This document shows positions 1 through 6,986 of a stretch of 32,000 nt of DNA, in pieces. Positions within the stretch are counted from its first letter, which is position 1. Each line of letters starts with the position of its first letter. Source of the stretch: Halogeometricum borinquense DSM 11551 (GTDB lineage: Archaea > Halobacteriota > Halobacteria > Halobacteriales > Haloferacaceae); assembly GCF_000172995.2 (NCBI RefSeq), contig NC_014732.1, forward strand, positions 30,001 through 62,000. The letters are read 5' to 3'. The notes under the pieces are model-generated. The model was not told the DNA's origin and did not search any database. It saw only the letters and a program-made list of their open reading frames with translations. The translations under genes were made by a program, and so were the position numbers.

Positions 1-1
1 A

Positions 2-109
2 CAGATCGATTCGCGCAAGCGTACCCAAGAGGCGGTCGCGTGGGTGCGCGAAACGATGGACGAGTACGAGGCAAACACCGGCGGCGTGACGCCCGCCACG
101 GCGGACTAA
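2..109 (+). CDS. 3' end of an upstream gene, probably 1,2-phenylacetyl-CoA epoxidase subunit A (PaaA); partial, starts outside the window
   Basis: The frame is open from the window edge to TAA at 107-109 (..QIDSRKRTQEAVAWVRETMDEYEANTGGVTPATAD*). It lies 4 nt upstream of paaB, where paaA sits in the canonical paaABCD order. The identity rests on position only. Confidence 0.5.
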   Translation, partial: QIDSRKRTQEAVAWVRETMDEYEANTGGVTPATAD

Positions 110-113
110 GACA

Positions 114-428
114 ATGATCTGGGAAGTATTCCGACAGGAGAAAAAAGGCGACTATCACCAACACTGCGGGAACGTCCACGCGCCGGACCGCGAGATGGCA
201 CTCCTGTTCGCGCAGGTGCAACACGCCCGACGCAAGCCGACGAACAGCCTGTGGGTCGTTCCGAAAGACGAGATTGGCGAAGTAGACGCCGAGCATGCGA
301 AGTTCGGCGGGACGACTGACAAGTCCTACCGGTGGGCGATGACGTTCAACACCGGCTCCGTCGCCGAGGAAGTGGCCGACTCCGAACACGAACAGGCGGA
401 AGCCGAGAAAGGACGAGGTGAGAGCTAA
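114..428 (+). CDS. paaB: 1,2-phenylacetyl-CoA epoxidase subunit B (PaaB)
   Basis: 104-aa ORF starting MIWEVFRQEKKGDYHQHCGNVHAPD..SLWVVP, which matches the PaaB family pattern. Its TAA overlaps the next ATG (TAATG). It has an acidic C-terminal tail. Confidence 0.85.
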   Translation: MIWEVFRQEKKGDYHQHCGNVHAPDREMALLFAQVQHARRKPTNSLWVVPKDEIGEVDAEHAKFGGTTDKSYRWAMTFNTGSVAEEVADSEHEQAEAEKGRGES

Positions 429-1297
429 TGTCCGTCGAATCGCTCTCCGGGCCGGCGGACCTCACGGACAAAGAACAGGAGGCCATCGAACTCCTGCTTC
501 GCCGCATGGCGGACGACGAGTTCGTCCTCGCGGAACGCTACACCGAGTGGCAGGTTCGCGCACCGACCATCGAGTCCGATATCTCCATCGCAAACATCGC
601 ACAGGACGAACTCGGCCACGCGCGCCTGTGGTACGACCTGTTGGAGGACTTCGGCTACACCGAACCGGACCTGCTCTGGGAACGCGACCCGGAGACGTTC
701 CGTCACTCGACCCTCGTTGAACTCCCGTTCGAGGAGGGAGACTGGGCGGACTGCATCGTCCGGTCGTACTTCTACGACGAAGCGGAGCATCTGCGCATGA
801 CGGCCCTCGAGAAGTCGTCGTACCCGCGAATCCGTGACCGCGTAGAGAAAGTTCTCGGTGAGGAGGGCTATCACCGCGAACACTCGATGAACTGGCTTCG
901 CCGCCTCGTCAGCAGCGACGAGGGCCGCCGTCGCGTCCAAGCGGCGACGGACCGCCTGTTCCCCTACGCGCTGACGTTCTTCGAACCCGCGGCCGACGCT
1001 CCCGAAGCGGAGGCGGCTATCGACGAACTCGGAGTTCGGACGCGAACGCTCGCAGACATGCGCGAAGAGTGGCTAGAGACAGTGACAGAGACGATGACCG
1101 AGATAGGAATCGACCTCCGCACACCCGAGATAGATGACGAGGGGAACGTCAGTGCTGACGCGCTTCCCGAACATCTCGGTCGCGACGGCGACCACACCGA
1201 TCACTGGCAGGTCCTGTTCGACGATTTCACCGAGGCGTACCGCGAGATGGGACTGCACGAGGCGACGCGACTCATGAAGGATCCCGACGATGAGTAG
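428..1297 (+). CDS. paaC: 1,2-phenylacetyl-CoA epoxidase subunit C (PaaC)
   Basis: 289-aa ORF with a ferritin-like, PaaC-type sequence (LLLRRMADDEFVLAERYTEWQVRAPTIESDISIANIAQDELGHARLWYDLL). It is translationally coupled to its neighbours on both sides. Confidence 0.85.
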   Translation: MSVESLSGPADLTDKEQEAIELLLRRMADDEFVLAERYTEWQVRAPTIESDISIANIAQDELGHARLWYDLLEDFGYTEPDLLWERDPETFRHSTLVELPFEEGDWADCIVRSYFYDEAEHLRMTALEKSSYPRIRDRVEKVLGEEGYHREHSMNWLRRLVSSDEGRRRVQAATDRLFPYALTFFEPAADAPEAEAAIDELGVRTRTLADMREEWLETVTETMTEIGIDLRTPEIDDEGNVSADALPEHLGRDGDHTDHWQVLFDDFTEAYREMGLHEATRLMKDPDDE

Positions 1298-1712
1298 TGA
1301 ATTCAACGACGACGGCGGGGCAAAATACTGCGCGTACACCGATTACTCGGAGGGGAAGAACGTAGACGGCTTCCCCGCGACGGGTGAGGGAGCAGACGGT
1401 ATCGAACGCGCCGTGTGGGACGCTCTCTACTCCGTCGAGGACCCGGAGATGCCCATCAGCATCGTCGATTTGGGGCTCATCTACGCCGTCGGCGTTGACG
1501 TCGAGGCGGGCGAAGCGCGAATCGACATGACGCTCACGTACACCGGATGTCCCGCGCGGGACATGCTCGAAGACGATATCCGTGAAGCCGTCCTCGCTGT
1601 CGAGGGAATCAAAGACGTGATGCTCAACCTTGTCTGGAGTCCTGCGTGGTCCGTCGAGATGGTGACCGAAGCGGGCAAACAAGACCTCCGAGAGTTCGGA
1701 CTGAGTATCTAA
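1290..1712 (+). CDS. paaD: PaaD, N-terminal DUF59/metal-sulfur-cluster-assembly-like domain only
   Basis: 140-aa ORF with the DUF59 core (VWDALYSVEDPEMPISIVDLGLIY..TLTYTGCPA). It overlaps paaC by 8 nt. The cysteine-rich C-terminal part found in bacterial PaaD is missing from this ORF. Confidence 0.8.
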   Translation: MSSEFNDDGGAKYCAYTDYSEGKNVDGFPATGEGADGIERAVWDALYSVEDPEMPISIVDLGLIYAVGVDVEAGEARIDMTLTYTGCPARDMLEDDIREAVLAVEGIKDVMLNLVWSPAWSVEMVTEAGKQDLREFGLSI

Positions 1713-1714
1713 CC

Positions 1715-1882
1715 ATGAGAGGACTCGACCCGAGCGTAAACACCAGTGGAAAGGATGAGACGGCCGAGTGTCCGTACTGCGGCGGGACGAACACTGAACG
1801 AGAACATCCGAAGGGACCCTCGCTCTGCCGGTCGATGCATTACTGCAACGACTGCGAAGAACCGTTCGAGAAGTTCGGCTAG
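1715..1882 (+). CDS. Small zinc-ribbon protein matching the C-terminal cysteine-rich part of bacterial PaaD
   Basis: The ATG at 1715 lies 2 nt after the paaD stop and in a different frame. The 55-aa product carries CPYCGG..(17)..CNDCEEPFEKFG, which resembles the CxxC..CxxCxEPFxxF tail of bacterial PaaD. Confidence 0.7.
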   Translation: MRGLDPSVNTSGKDETAECPYCGGTNTEREHPKGPSLCRSMHYCNDCEEPFEKFG

Positions 1883-2094
1883 ATCCGGCGGACTCGTCCG
1901 GAGCAGTCCATCTCGCACTTATTTTGTTACCCGCGCTGCTGTTAATACAGCCATAAACAGACAGATATTTGAAACAGTCAGATTCCGGAGCGGTATCTGT
2001 ACAGCGGATTGACGGGCATCAAAACAGCCGGTAAAACGGCTAAGACAAAAACGGGAGAAAGCAGCAGTCGAACGTCGAACCGCGAGCGCCGAAC

Positions 2095-3546
2095 TCAGTC
2101 GAGTTTGACGTTCACGTTCTTCGTCTGTGTGTACTCGCGGACAGCTTCGAGACCCTGTTCGCGGCCGTTTCCGCTCTCTTTCGTGCCGCCGAACGGCGTC
2201 TGGGGGAACGTTACCGGATACTCGTTGACGCTGACCATCCCGTAGTCGAGAGCGTCAGCAACGCGGTGCGCGCGGGAGAGTTGCTCGGTCCAGATGCCCG
2301 ACAGCAGACCGTACGGCGAGTCGTTAGCGAGTTCGATTGCTTCCTCCTCGTCGGAGAACTCGATGACTGAGAGGACCGGGCCGAAGATCTCCTCACGGGC
2401 GACAGTCATGTCGTTCGTCACGTCGGTGAGGACAGTCGGTTCGACAAAGTAGCCGGATTCTTTGTCCTCGGGGACGCCGCCGCCGCAGGCGACGGTCGCG
2501 CCCTCATCGACGCCGGTCTGGATGTAATCGAGAATCTGCTCACGCTGGTCTTCGCTGACGACCGGACCCATCCGGCCGTCGTCGTCGATACCGGATCCGA
2601 GCGGAGTCGATTCAGCACCCTCGACGACGCGTTCGACGAGGTCGTCGGCCACGTCCTCGTGGACGAGAAGGCGCGATCCGGCCCAGCACATCTGCCCGGC
2701 GTTCATGAAGATGCCGTAGTGGATGCCCTTTGCCGCGGCACCGAGATCAGCTTCGGGGAACACCAGATGCGGGCCTTTTCCACCGAGTTCGAGCGTGACG
2801 CCGGTGACGTTCTGCGCCGCATCGGCCATGACGCGCTTTCCGATTTCCGTACTGCCTGTGAATGCGACGTGCGCTACGTCGTCGTGTTCTGCGAGTGCAG
2901 CACCCGCTTCGGATCCGGACCCGGGGATAACGTTGACGACACCGTCGGGCAGGCCCGCTTCCTCGGCGGCGAGACCGTAGTAGAGCGCCGAGAGCGGGGT
3001 CTGGCTCGACGGCTTTACGACAGCAGTGTTCCCACAGGCGAGTGCAGGCGCGAGCGAACGACCGGCGAGTTGGAACGGGTAGTTCCACGGGACGATGTGC
3101 CCCGTGACGCCGAGCGGTTCGCGCGTCGTGTAGTTCAGTCGGTCGCCGGGAACGGGGTTGTGTTCGCCGGTCAGTTTGTCCGTCCAGCCAGCGAAGTACC
3201 GGAAGGTGTCGATCACCATCTGGACTTCCATGCCAGCCTCGAACGGCGTCTTGCCGTTGTCGTGCGACTCAACGAGGGTGATTTCGTCTTTGCGCTCCTC
3301 GATGGCGTCGGCCATCCGTCGAAGCGCCGCGCCGCGTTCGGCGGGATCAAGTTCAGTCCACTCACTCCCGCGCTCGGCCGCACGGGACGCCGCATCGACA
3401 GCGCGGCGAACGTCTTCTTCGCCCGCCAACGCGACAGTCGCGTACTCGGTTTCGGTCGCCGGGTCGAACGTCTGAAGCGTCTCGCCCGATACCGCGTCGG
3501 TCCACGCTCCATCCACGTACAGCTCAGAGGGGCCGCTGTATTCCAT
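2095..3546 (-). CDS. NAD(P)-dependent aldehyde dehydrogenase; candidate stand-alone equivalent of the PaaZ ALDH domain
   Basis: 483-aa ORF with ALDH hallmarks: FTGSTEIGKRV, ELGGKGP, and the catalytic-Cys motif NAGQMCWAGSR. The link to paa is by context only. Confidence 0.9.
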   Translation of the reverse strand: MEYSGPSELYVDGAWTDAVSGETLQTFDPATETEYATVALAGEEDVRRAVDAASRAAERGSEWTELDPAERGAALRRMADAIEERKDEITLVESHDNGKTPFEAGMEVQMVIDTFRYFAGWTDKLTGEHNPVPGDRLNYTTREPLGVTGHIVPWNYPFQLAGRSLAPALACGNTAVVKPSSQTPLSALYYGLAAEEAGLPDGVVNVIPGSGSEAGAALAEHDDVAHVAFTGSTEIGKRVMADAAQNVTGVTLELGGKGPHLVFPEADLGAAAKGIHYGIFMNAGQMCWAGSRLLVHEDVADDLVERVVEGAESTPLGSGIDDDGRMGPVVSEDQREQILDYIQTGVDEGATVACGGGVPEDKESGYFVEPTVLTDVTNDMTVAREEIFGPVLSVIEFSDEEEAIELANDSPYGLLSGIWTEQLSRAHRVADALDYGMVSVNEYPVTFPQTPFGGTKESGNGREQGLEAVREYTQTKNVNVKLD

Positions 3547-3567
3547 TACGTCTACCCCTCCGTACTC

Positions 3568-3579
3568 AAAATTATTAAT
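3568..3579 (-). promoter_or_regulatory. TATA-like box for the aldehyde dehydrogenase gene
   Basis: On the minus strand it reads ATTAATAATTTT, 22-33 nt upstream of the ATG at 3546. It is the only AT-rich patch in that spacer, and the geometry fits a leaderless or short-leader archaeal promoter. Confidence 0.45.
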
Positions 3580-3631
3580 GATGTGTGATTACGCGTGACG
3601 GCGACCGGTTGCACGGGGACAGCGGAACACC

Positions 3632-4018
3632 TTACCCCGTCTTGTAGACGCCGCGCGCTTGGGCGACGAGCGTGTCGTCATCAGTCGCGTACACGTCTAC
3701 ATCGACCGTTCCGACATCGCCGCCGACGCGGACCACATCAGCCTCGGCGTACAGGTCGCCCGTCCCGGCGTTCAGGTAGTCGATACGCATGTCTATCGTC
3801 GGCACCGGCTGATCGACTTCGCTCACGAGGGCCGCGCCGCCCACCGTATCGGCAAGCGTGAAAGCGACGCCGCCGTGCGCCATCACCCGGTCGCTGTTCC
3901 ACGACAGCTCCTCGCGCATCTCGATACGACCTTCAGCGTGTCCGTCCGCCACTTCAGTCACTTCTACACCGAGTAGCTGGGCGAACGGCATCGACTCGAA
4001 GAACTCCTCTACGTCCAT
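3632..4018 (-). CDS. PaaI-family hotdog-fold acyl-CoA thioesterase
   Basis: The core sequence is MDVEEFFESMPFAQLLGVEV..GRIEMREELSWNSDRVMAHGGVAFTLADTVGGAA, typical of 4HBT/PaaI-type thioesterases. I chose Met29 of the 156-aa ORF as the start, because residues 1-28 are encoded by a tandem DNA repeat. Confidence 0.8.
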   Translation of the reverse strand: MDVEEFFESMPFAQLLGVEVTEVADGHAEGRIEMREELSWNSDRVMAHGGVAFTLADTVGGAALVSEVDQPVPTIDMRIDYLNAGTGDLYAEADVVRVGGDVGTVDVDVYATDDDTLVAQARGVYKTG

Positions 4019-4065
4019 CGTTTCCCGTCTCTCACCCAAGCCTCTTTGTCGTTTCGTCGATCCGA

Positions 4066-4120
4066 GTTGCATCGGGGCAAGTTGCATCGGGGCAAGTTGC
4101 ATCAGGGCAAGTTACATCGT
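4066..4120. repeat. 15-bp tandem repeat, about 3.6 copies (GTTGCATCGGGGCAA x2, GTTGCATCAGGGCAA, GTTACATCGT)
   Basis: Read directly from the sequence. On the minus strand each unit is ATGCAACTTGCCCCG (M-Q-L-A-P), in frame with the downstream thioesterase. The most upstream, degenerate unit reads ATG TAA. Confidence 0.95.
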
Positions 4121-4125
4121 CTCGG

Positions 4126-5415
4126 TCAGCGACGGTCGTAGACGCGCTGAACTTTCCCGACCTCGGTTCGCTCAATCGCTCCGGGGGCGACCAAGTCGAG
4201 TTTGTCCGGTTCGAGCGACAACACGTTCGAGAGGCGGTCGAGCAACGACTTCCGCAAAGCCGACCGGTCGCCGTCGAACTCCTCGGCAAGTTCGACCGTC
4301 AGTTCGAGACGGTCCATCGTCCCCTCCCGCGAGAGGTCGATTCGGTAGTGCGGTGCCACTCCGTCGAACTCCAGCACGACGGACTCTATCTCACTGGGAT
4401 AGACGTTGACGCCGCGGACGATGAGCAAATCATCCGTTCGGCCGGTCACAGAATCCATCCGTACCATCGTCCGGCCGCAGTCACACGTGTCGTACTCAAG
4501 CGTCGTCATATCGCCCGTTCGGTAGCGTAGGACGGGAAGCGCCTCTTTAGTCAGCGTGGTCAAGACGAGTTCACCTTCCTCACCCTCCCCGACGGGATCG
4601 CCCGTCTGGGGGTCTATGACTTCGGGGTAGAACTGGTCCTCCCAGATATGCATCCCCGTCTGGGCGCGGCATTCTGCCGCCACACCGGGACCGATAATCT
4701 CCGAAAGACCGTAGTTTTCCACGGCTGTCGCACCTAGTCGATCCTCTATCTCCGCACGCATCGGTTCCGTACATGGTTCCGCACCGTACAGAACCGTCTC
4801 GACGGGGAGTTCCGCCGGATCGTATCCCATCTCCGCGGCCGTCTCCGCGAGGTAGAGCGCGTACGAGGGAGTGAGACAGATGGCCGTCGCCTCCAAGTCG
4901 GAGAGCAGTTCGACCTGTCGCTGGGTCTGACCGCCACCGACCGGGACGACAGCCATCCCCATCGCCGTCGCCCCGTCGTGAAAGCCGAGACCGCCGGTGA
5001 AGAGACCGTAACCGTAGGCGTTCTGCAAGGTGTCGGAGGTATCCAGTCCCGCCGCCTCGAATCCACGACACATCACCTCCTGCCAGCGCGCCAAGTCGTT
5101 TTCAGTATACCCGACGATTTTCGGCTTCCCCGTCGTACCCGAGGAAGCGTGAATTCGGACCAGCGCCTCCATATCGACGGCAAACAGGTCTGTCGGGTAG
5201 TTGTCGCGGAAGTCCTCCTTCGTCGTGAACGGTAGTTTTGTGAGGTCGTCCACGCTCGTTACGTCGTCAGGAGTTACGCCCGCCGCAGCGAGTCGGTCAC
5301 GGTAGAAGGAGACGTTCTCGTACGCGTGTCTGACTGTCTCTTGCAACCGGGAGTTCTGTCTCTCTCGTAACTCCGTCCGCGGAAGACGCGTCACGTCGGC
5401 ACCGCTATCGGTCAT
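4126..5415 (-). CDS. paaK: Phenylacetate-CoA ligase (PaaK), copy 1
   Basis: 429-aa ORF with the adenylate-forming motifs RIHASSGTTGKPKIV, YGLSE and YRTGD, and the PaaK-type C-terminus (VRGVNVYPSEIE..GKVQRVYDRR). Confidence 0.9.
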   Translation of the reverse strand: MTDSGADVTRLPRTELRERQNSRLQETVRHAYENVSFYRDRLAAAGVTPDDVTSVDDLTKLPFTTKEDFRDNYPTDLFAVDMEALVRIHASSGTTGKPKIVGYTENDLARWQEVMCRGFEAAGLDTSDTLQNAYGYGLFTGGLGFHDGATAMGMAVVPVGGGQTQRQVELLSDLEATAICLTPSYALYLAETAAEMGYDPAELPVETVLYGAEPCTEPMRAEIEDRLGATAVENYGLSEIIGPGVAAECRAQTGMHIWEDQFYPEVIDPQTGDPVGEGEEGELVLTTLTKEALPVLRYRTGDMTTLEYDTCDCGRTMVRMDSVTGRTDDLLIVRGVNVYPSEIESVVLEFDGVAPHYRIDLSREGTMDRLELTVELAEEFDGDRSALRKSLLDRLSNVLSLEPDKLDLVAPGAIERTEVGKVQRVYDRR

Positions 5416-5499
5416 AGACTGAGGTTTGACCGACGTTCACAAAAGAGTATGCATGATACTGACACACGGCTACTCGACAGCCGACTACGCAACGGCAGA

Positions 5500-6225
5500 C
5501 TACTCGACAGCTGAGACGCCGAGGTAGCGGTCGAGTACGTCGTCGTTTGCGGCCACGTCGTCCGCAGATCCCTCGTGGACGACCTGCCCTTTGTCGAGGA
5601 TGTAGACGTAGTCGGCGGTGTCGAGTGCGACCTGCACGTTCTGTTCGACCAGCAGGATGGTGACACCCTCGTCGTTCAGCGATGCGATTTTCCGCTGGAC
5701 CTGCTGGACGATAGAGGGTGCGAGTCCCTCGGTCGGTTCGTCGAGCATCAGGAGGTCCGGTGCGGAGACGAGTGCCCGCGCGATAGCGAGCATCTGCTGT
5801 TCGCCGCCGGACAGAGCGGATCCGTTACTTTCGCGGTGCCGGCGTAAGTTCTCGAACTCGGAAATGATCTCCTCGACAGCCGGTTTTGTCGTATCTCGGC
5901 GGCCACCGATGCGACCGATTTCGACGTTCTCCCGCACCGTAAGACCGGGAAAGACGCGGCGGTCCTCCGGGACGAGAGCGATTCCTTCTCGGGCCGTCTG
6001 TTCCGGCGAGTAGTCGGTGATATCGGTACCGTCGAACATCACCGACCCCTCAGTGGGCGCAACAGAACCGTGGATGGTTCGGAGCGTCGTCGTCTTGCCA
6101 ACGCCGTTCCGCCCGATGAGCGTCACAACTGATCCCGACGGCACGTCGATATCGACTCCTTGGAGGACGCGCGTCGAACCGTACCCTGACACGAGGCCGC
6201 GGACGGAAAGCAGCGGGTCGCTCAC
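5500..6225 (-). CDS. livF: ABC transporter ATP-binding protein, LivF type
   Basis: Walker A GRNGVGKTT, signature LSGGEQQML, Walker B LLMLDEPTEGLAP. The GTG start overlaps the livG stop (GTGA). Confidence 0.9.
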   Translation of the reverse strand: MSDPLLSVRGLVSGYGSTRVLQGVDIDVPSGSVVTLIGRNGVGKTTTLRTIHGSVAPTEGSVMFDGTDITDYSPEQTAREGIALVPEDRRVFPGLTVRENVEIGRIGGRRDTTKPAVEEIISEFENLRRHRESNGSALSGGEQQMLAIARALVSAPDLLMLDEPTEGLAPSIVQQVQRKIASLNDEGVTILLVEQNVQVALDTADYVYILDKGQVVHEGSADDVAANDDVLDRYLGVSAVE

Positions 6226-6986
6226 GCCTCGACACCTCCGAAGTACGCTTCACGAACGTCGTCGTTGTCGGCGATCTCGTCGGGGCTCCCCTCTGCGAGG
6301 ATGGACCCGCGGTGCAGGACAGTGATCCGATCCGAGACGCGCATCACGAGGTCGATATCGTGCTCGATGAGGAGGAGCGTTCGGTCCGAGAGAACGTCGT
6401 CGATGAGGTCCATCGTCGCGCGCGTCTCCTCTGCGGACATGCCGGCCGTCGGTTCGTCCAAGAGGACCATCTCGGGGTCCGTAGCGAGGACGATAGCGAT
6501 TTCGAGACGGCGCTTGTCGCCGTAGGCGAGAACGTCAGCCATCTCGCCGCCGCGGCCGAGGAGTCCAGACCGGTCGAGGACGCGCTCTGTGTGTTCGTTC
6601 ACGTCGTCGAACGCCTGCGCGTCGTTGAGATACTCCTCGCTCGGCGTGAAGCCGTCGTCTCGTGCCGCCTGCGCGGCGAGTCGGACGTTTTCGCGGACGG
6701 TGAGTCCGTTGAAGACGTTCGTAATCTGGAACGAGCGGGCGAGTCCACGCCGGACGCGTTGGTGTGGTGCGAGCGTCGTCACGTCCTCGCCGTCGAATCG
6801 GACCGACCCGTTCGACGGTCGCATCGCACCGGTGAGGAGGTTGAACGTCGTCGTCTTCCCCGCGCCGTTCGGGCCGATGAGACTGCGGAACTCGCCGCGT
6901 TCGATATCGAGATTCACGTCGTCAACAGCGACGAGACTCCCAAATTTCTTCGTCAGATTCTCTGTCGAAAGGATTGGATCATTCAT
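6222..6986 (-). CDS. livG: ABC transporter ATP-binding protein, LivG type
   Basis: Walker A GPNGAGKTT, Walker B MVLLDEPTAGMS. I chose the ATG at 6986 (MNDPILSTENLTKKFG) as the start. It overlaps the permease stop by 8 nt, and the longer ORF extension is a basic, non-homologous stretch. Confidence 0.9.
   Translation of the reverse strand: MNDPILSTENLTKKFGSLVAVDDVNLDIERGEFRSLIGPNGAGKTTTFNLLTGAMRPSNGSVRFDGEDVTTLAPHQRVRRGLARSFQITNVFNGLTVRENVRLAAQAARDDGFTPSEEYLNDAQAFDDVNEHTERVLDRSGLLGRGGEMADVLAYGDKRRLEIAIVLATDPEMVLLDEPTAGMSAEETRATMDLIDDVLSDRTLLLIEHDIDLVMRVSDRITVLHRGSILAEGSPDEIADNDDVREAYFGGVEA

Noticed and set aside
2659-3588. Long ORFs antisense to or overlapping confidently assigned genes. Examples: 2659..3588, 5618..6013, 6312..7100, 7255..8421, 12087..12863, 13983..14591, 15895..16563, 21585..22115, 23161..23808, 26869..27375, 27628..28122, 28770..29387, 30328..30894.
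   Set aside because: These are typical shadow ORFs of high-GC genomes. Their translations are Arg/Pro/Ser/Gly-rich or basic, have no recognisable motifs, and each lies fully inside a gene with clear family signatures on the other strand or frame.
4066-4120. Whether the 15-bp tandem repeat is a CRISPR-like array.
   Set aside because: The units are directly adjacent with no spacers, are only 15 bp long, and no cas genes are present. It is a simple tandem repeat.
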